Source: a virus. Taken from it: a stretch of DNA of 64,000 nucleotides. Made by a program: the position numbers and the translations under genes. The stretch is taken from the IMG/VR virus record IMGVR_UViG_3300044798_000325, positions 5,165 through 69,164 of that record; one strand, written 5' to 3'. This document shows, in pieces, positions 32,001 through 38,000 of this stretch; position 1 is the first letter of the stretch; every line of letters begins with the position of its first letter. The notes beneath the pieces were generated by a model that searched no databases, was not told the origin of the DNA, and saw nothing but the letters and a program-made list of their open reading frames with translations.

Positions 32001-35000
32001 CCACGGCGATATGGGATCGCAGTTAGAATGGGACGGAGCCCGCGGGCAGTACAAGGTCATCACCACAAACCGCCGGATCGTCAATGCTGGTCGGCTACTG
32101 GCTACGGCGTATCAGAATATCGATAGCGTCCGGGCAGACGATACGCCTGTCAAAAGGCCGATTATCCGGGGAGGGGAGCCGCAACGGGTAAAGGTGGCCC
32201 CCAACCAATATGTCGAGGATTACAAACGGATCATCCTGGAGCGATGCGCCGGAATAGAAGCGGACCCGAAAAATGCAGAATATGAGGGTGTCCCCGACAA
32301 CATGCTCCGAATCATCTCCAACATGAGCAAGGTGGCTATCGACCAGCGCCTTGATCACCACTATGCCAACACCGAGATGCAGCAGGATTCAAAGATCGCC
32401 ACAGCATCTAAAATCATGTATCGGCGATGGAAAGAAGAGGCGGCGCATAAGGGCGTTCAGCTTGTCTTTGCAGACCTGGGTATCCCCGGCAAATACGCAG
32501 ATAAATTCAAGTATAAGACCGAAGATGAAATTTCCAAATTAAACCCCGAAGATCTGACTCTTTACAATGAAGAAATGTTTGAACACGAAAGCGCGTCTGC
32601 CGGGTTTGATACATACGAGGGGTTAAAAAAGGAGCTGGTAAAGTTAGGGATTCCTGAAAATCAGGTTGCATTCATTCACGACGCTGACCATACCAACAAG
32701 GAAAAGAAGGCAGCAAACCTTCGCACACTATTCAAGAAAATCAACGCTGGAGATATTCGTGTCCTGATCGGATCTACCAGTAAGGCGGGTACGGGGGTCA
32801 ACATTCAGGGCCGCGTGTCGGACATCCATCACCTTGATGTGTGGTGGAATTTCTCTGCATGGGAACAGCGCAACGGGCGTGGCATCCGGGCCGGGAATCT
32901 GTATGCCAACGAGGGAATGCCGGGAACCTACATCTGGAATTATGTCACCGAAACAACGGTGGATGCTACCCGGTGGGACAAAGTCTTCGCCAAGGGGAAG
33001 GTCCTCAATGCCGTTTTGGGTGGAGACATCAACCTTGATGTGATCGAGGACATCAGCGACGAGACCATGAGCGCGAAGATGATGGCGGCTGAAGCATCCG
33101 GCGATCCGCTCATGTCTACCCAGGCGACACTTCTCCAGAAGGTGCAGGGGCTTCGGTTCGAGCAGGCCGCTCATCTCGACGTTGTCCGACGGTCGAGAAT
33201 GGATCTGGCTGCCATTCCCGGTCGGATTGAAGCTATGGAGAAAAGCATAGTCGATTACCAGCACAGCCGTGGCATTATGAGCAAGGTAACGGCGGTGCGG
33301 TTTATGGGTGACGACCGGACTCTGGTACTTGAGAAGCACGGGAAGGAGATCGCCGAGGCGCTTGAAAAGGCAGTCATGGCGGACACCGGTTCATGGACGG
33401 AGAATAAAAAGGCTACGCTGTTGGTGTTCGGCAGCCACACAGAGACAGAAGTTGTTGAAACAGTAGAGGGAAAGGACGGCGAGCAAAAGGAAAAGAAGAC
33501 GAAGAAATACGCCTTTGTCCCTCTTCCCGCGAAAGCCGATATCACGGGAAAATCAGCAGACCCCTATGGGCGGCGGCTCTTGATGTCCGGGGATATCATC
33601 AGCAGCGACCGGAATTTGGCCGACATAAAGGCTTCTTTGGGGAAAAAAGGAATCGAAGCCACCGTGGATATCAAGGCCAATGTGTCCAGGACGGTTACGG
33701 AATTCCTGTCATGGCTGAACAGCAGCGAAAAAAGCGCGAAGGAGAGGATCGAGGAACTCAAAGACAATACACCGAAATTGCGGAAGGTTATCGACACCCC
33801 TTGGGTGAAAGTAGACGAGCTTGCGACGAATGACAAAGAGCTGCGTGAAGTAGAGGCGAAAATGGCCGCAAGAGGGATTGCCGCCGGAGATCCCATCGCC
33901 GGAATTCCAATAGATAAATACAAGGGTGTTATCCCCGTTCTTGAAGATGTGGCGGACAAAGACGGGTGGTCGTTTCACGATGGGATTGTTTACCCGCACC
34001 AGAACACAACAATCGGCGTTCGCGGCAAGCAAGACCTCAGCCGTTTTCTTAAAAGCGGTAAGCTCAAGCCCCACATAGCGTCCAGTTACAGCGCTCCCGA
34101 CACCCTGAATGCTCTGGACGGAGGCAAACCCCAGTCTCCCGCAACGAAGCCGATAGCCTACACCACGATCAATAACGAAACCCGGCTCTGGGTGCCTGCC
34201 GGGGGGTCCTATGTAACCGTTGATCCGGTTGAGTGGAATCTCCTTCAAAGAATAATCGGGAAAGAGGGGACATGGCATTACGAGTCACGAAGCATGGGCG
34301 AGAGGTTCCTGGTCCACGTTTCCGAGAAGAGTGAGAGGGACGCATTTATCTTGGCGAAGCAAGCCAGTTATGTACCACAGGGGGTGAGGGATATCGACGA
34401 CAAGGCCATGAAGGGCGCAGCCCCGCCGGCAGGGAAAGTACAATACTCCGCCGCCCAGGACCAGACCCCAGCGCCGACCCTGGCCGACGTTCAGGAGATC
34501 TTCAAAGGGCAGGAGGTTTGGGAAGGTCCTGACGGAACGATATTCATAAAAACCCGTAGCGGTGCCGCTCTTTCCGTTATCGGCGTTGACAATATATCCG
34601 TAAGTGAAATCAATTTCCGAATGGGTTATAGCCGAAAAATCGGCTCTGGTGAACGTGTTGTCGGCGGTTATGGAAGGAATGAAGAGGGATGGATGGGGGT
34701 TATCAAGCTCATCAAGGATGCAGCAGGAAAGGTCACTCTCGCCCACGAATCCGCTCATTTTATGGAGGATTTTGGTATCATCAACGCCGAGGATGCGTCG
34801 ATCCTTCGCGGGCATATCAAGGACCTCGTTCGCTCGGGCAAGCGGAAGACCGCCAACGAGGACGACATTGGGGGGGCTGAGGACCGGGCAAACTTCCTGG
34901 CCGATGCCTTGACTCAGGCGAAGCCTCCGGGCGGCCTGGTCGGGTTGATCGTCGCCAGGGTTCGGAAATTCCTCGATCGGCTCATGGAGGCGTTCGGTAT

Positions 35001-38000
35001 CAGGACGGCGGGGGCCGTGACGAGGGACGTGAAGAGTGGGCGGATCTTCGAGCGGGAAGGGCAGGGCTCGTCGTTTGCTGATGAGGCTTATTCTTTGGCC
35101 CCGGCTACCATAAAGGCGTATGACGAGGCACTTTCCGTCCACGCATACATCTCTCCGCGGGTGAAGCCATCACTCAGCGCCCAAGAAAAGACCATCCGGG
35201 ACAATGCCTATGGAGTCAAAGGAATGGACCCGGTCGTGTTGGATGGTGTCGCCAAGGAAATGGCGGCACTCATCCCCAAGGAGGCGGGAAAGTCGGCGAT
35301 ACTGGTCCCGATACCCGGACATACCGGGGATACGGCAGCGAACGTCGCCCTCGCGGAACGGATTGCAGCGATCACGGGCAGCAGGGTGGCAGACGTACTC
35401 AAGCGGCAGGCTGGACAAAGTCAGCGGGATGCTCGCGTAGCCGGGCGGCGTACCATGAAACCCGTCGAGTTCGGTATGGTCAGTACGGAAACACTCGACG
35501 GAGATAACGTCTTTTTCGTTGATAATGTGATTTCTTCGGGAGCAACGATCCGGGCAGCGCGTGATGCGGTAGGCGGCGGCAAGGGGCTGGTCTACGCAAA
35601 ATCTAATCCGAAAGGTGAAAAGTACACCATTGGAACCATGGACCTGGAATTACCAAAGTGGCTCGGCGACAAGGTCAAGCAGGCGTTGAAGAAGGATGCG
35701 GTCGCCTCGATTCTCATCGATGCCGGACCTATCCAGTCCGGTCCGCTCGACGGCGGCTGCAGGGTTCTGGCCAGGGCCTTAAAGAGAATCGAGCCGAGCG
35801 GCAAGATAATCACCATCGAAGGGCAGCTCAAAGACGGGACCTGGCAGGCAGAGCACTACGGCTTTGAACTGGACGGAGGGATGATCGACGGTGATGGGTA
35901 TGCGGCATCTCGCGAGGCATGGGCGAAACGCTTCGCAAAGAACGAGAGTCTCGACAGTCCGTATCGGATTACCGAGGGGGAGGTCCAGAGTGAAGACATT
36001 CCGCAGGATGCTCCAACCGAAAAGAAGCTGGCAGCCGCCTTAGAGAAGGAGCTGGCTCCTGACGAAGCATACAGGGAACCCCGCGCGGAGCAAGGAATTG
36101 CCGTCTACGAACATCTCCCAGTTTTCGCAATTACGGAAAAGGGGTTGACAAGAAAGCCCCGTAGAGCTCTTAATAATAATCAAGAGGTATCCAATGGACA
36201 AGAAGTATCCGGAACCACGTTGGTGCGGGCTGACAATGCCCTTGCCGCCGGACAGGGGACCGATGATAAACGGAAAATACCCGCCCCTGGAGGAAGGGTG
36301 CTTCCCTATGTTCCCGAACGGGGTACCCTCCCCACCGTCAAAAGCGAACCCATCGGAACCTGGAAATCCTCCCGCAGAAAAATAACCAGCCTGGAAGACG
36401 CCGCCGTTATTGCCCGCGACAACCTGTTCCGTGATGCACAGGAAGTCTTTGTTACAATCGTTACCGACAAATCTGGAAAGATCCTTGCGGTCAACCAACA
36501 CGCCACCGGAGCCCCTAACCAGAGTCAAGTCTACGCTTATTTTGCTGCCGGACAGATATTGAATATCGAGGGCGCGTCCAAGGTATGGACTGTCCATAAT
36601 CACCCTTCCGGACAAGCAAAATTGTCCGAGGCCGACCTGAGCGTAAGCTCAAACATAGGCGATCTTATCGCGGACGCCGGGATCGAAAGTATGCCGATCA
36701 TTGCGATCACGCCGTCCAGATATTCCGATAACATGTGGTCGAGCGAACCCCTTCCACCAAAAGAACCCGCAATTTACAAACTGCCCGTACTTGGGAGAAA
36801 ATTTGACCAGTCCCCGGAAGGTCTTGAAAGCATAGGAAGCCAGAATGAATTTGAGGAGTTTGGCCGGTTATATATGAAAGAGGGCGGGATGGTTCTGGTT
36901 TCCGCTCAGCGTCAGCCCGTTGCTTTAATCGCTATCGATGACTACTCAAAACTCCGCCCCCTTCATACGGAAATCCTTCGTGAAGCGGAAAAGAGAAATG
37001 CCGTAGACTTCATGATCTATAGCCCTGAAAAGACATTAACGAAGGCTGATATTGACAATCTGCTTTCCTTCGCGAAAAACACACAGCTTGAGTTCACGAC
37101 TGTCCGAGACAGGGCTGGAGACCACTACGAAAAGATTAAGGAACTTTGGGGGGCTGTAAGAAATAGTAAGGAGAGAAAGGTTTTTTATTCCGTCCAGAAG
37201 GACGCCATCGACAACACTTCCATTTTCCCCGAAGCGAATGAGCGTCTGAATCTTCCTGCTGATGTCATTGAGCTTGCGGAAGCAAGCGGAGTCAATCCGA
37301 AGGACATTAAAATTATAAAACTTGAAGACCGAACGGAGTATTTCAGTCGTTACGGCGTCCCGAACTCGATCAACGAAGGGTACGGGTATTTCGGCGGCAG
37401 ATCCGGAAGTTTGTTCATAGACGACGATACCGGGAAACCGGTGGCATATTTGCCAGCAGCAAAGACAGGAGCAGAGGGAAAACTCCAATACTCCGTCCAG
37501 AGGGACACGATCGACAGCTCCTCGATCTTCCCCGACGTCAACGAACGCATAAAGATGGCCAAGGGTGTCAAGTACGCCTCTCTGAAGGACAGGGCGAAGG
37601 ATGCCCTCGTCACCGGTTGGGAGCATTTCACCCGGCATTTCCAGCACCTTGAACCGGAAACAAACGGCGCGGTCATCGATGTCTTCCGCAAGTTCCAGGA
37701 TGTTCCCGCGTGGGCGAAGGATGAAACCGTTCGGCAGCTCTCCGGCTTCATCGGAAGGCTCTCTCCCCAGGGCCGGGACGTGTTCATGATGAACATTCTT
37801 TTACCGGACATGATCCGGGACATCGAAGATGGCACCCTGGTCGTTGAAGATGAGGTCGGACTTCCGTTCGGTTACAAAAACAGGGATCAGGTACAGCAGG
37901 ATTACGACCACTTCCGGGCCATCGCCGAGGGGAGTACCGCGATAATGGAAGCCCTCGACAGGCGGAACACCTTCATGGCCTCGTTGACGGACCAACTCAT

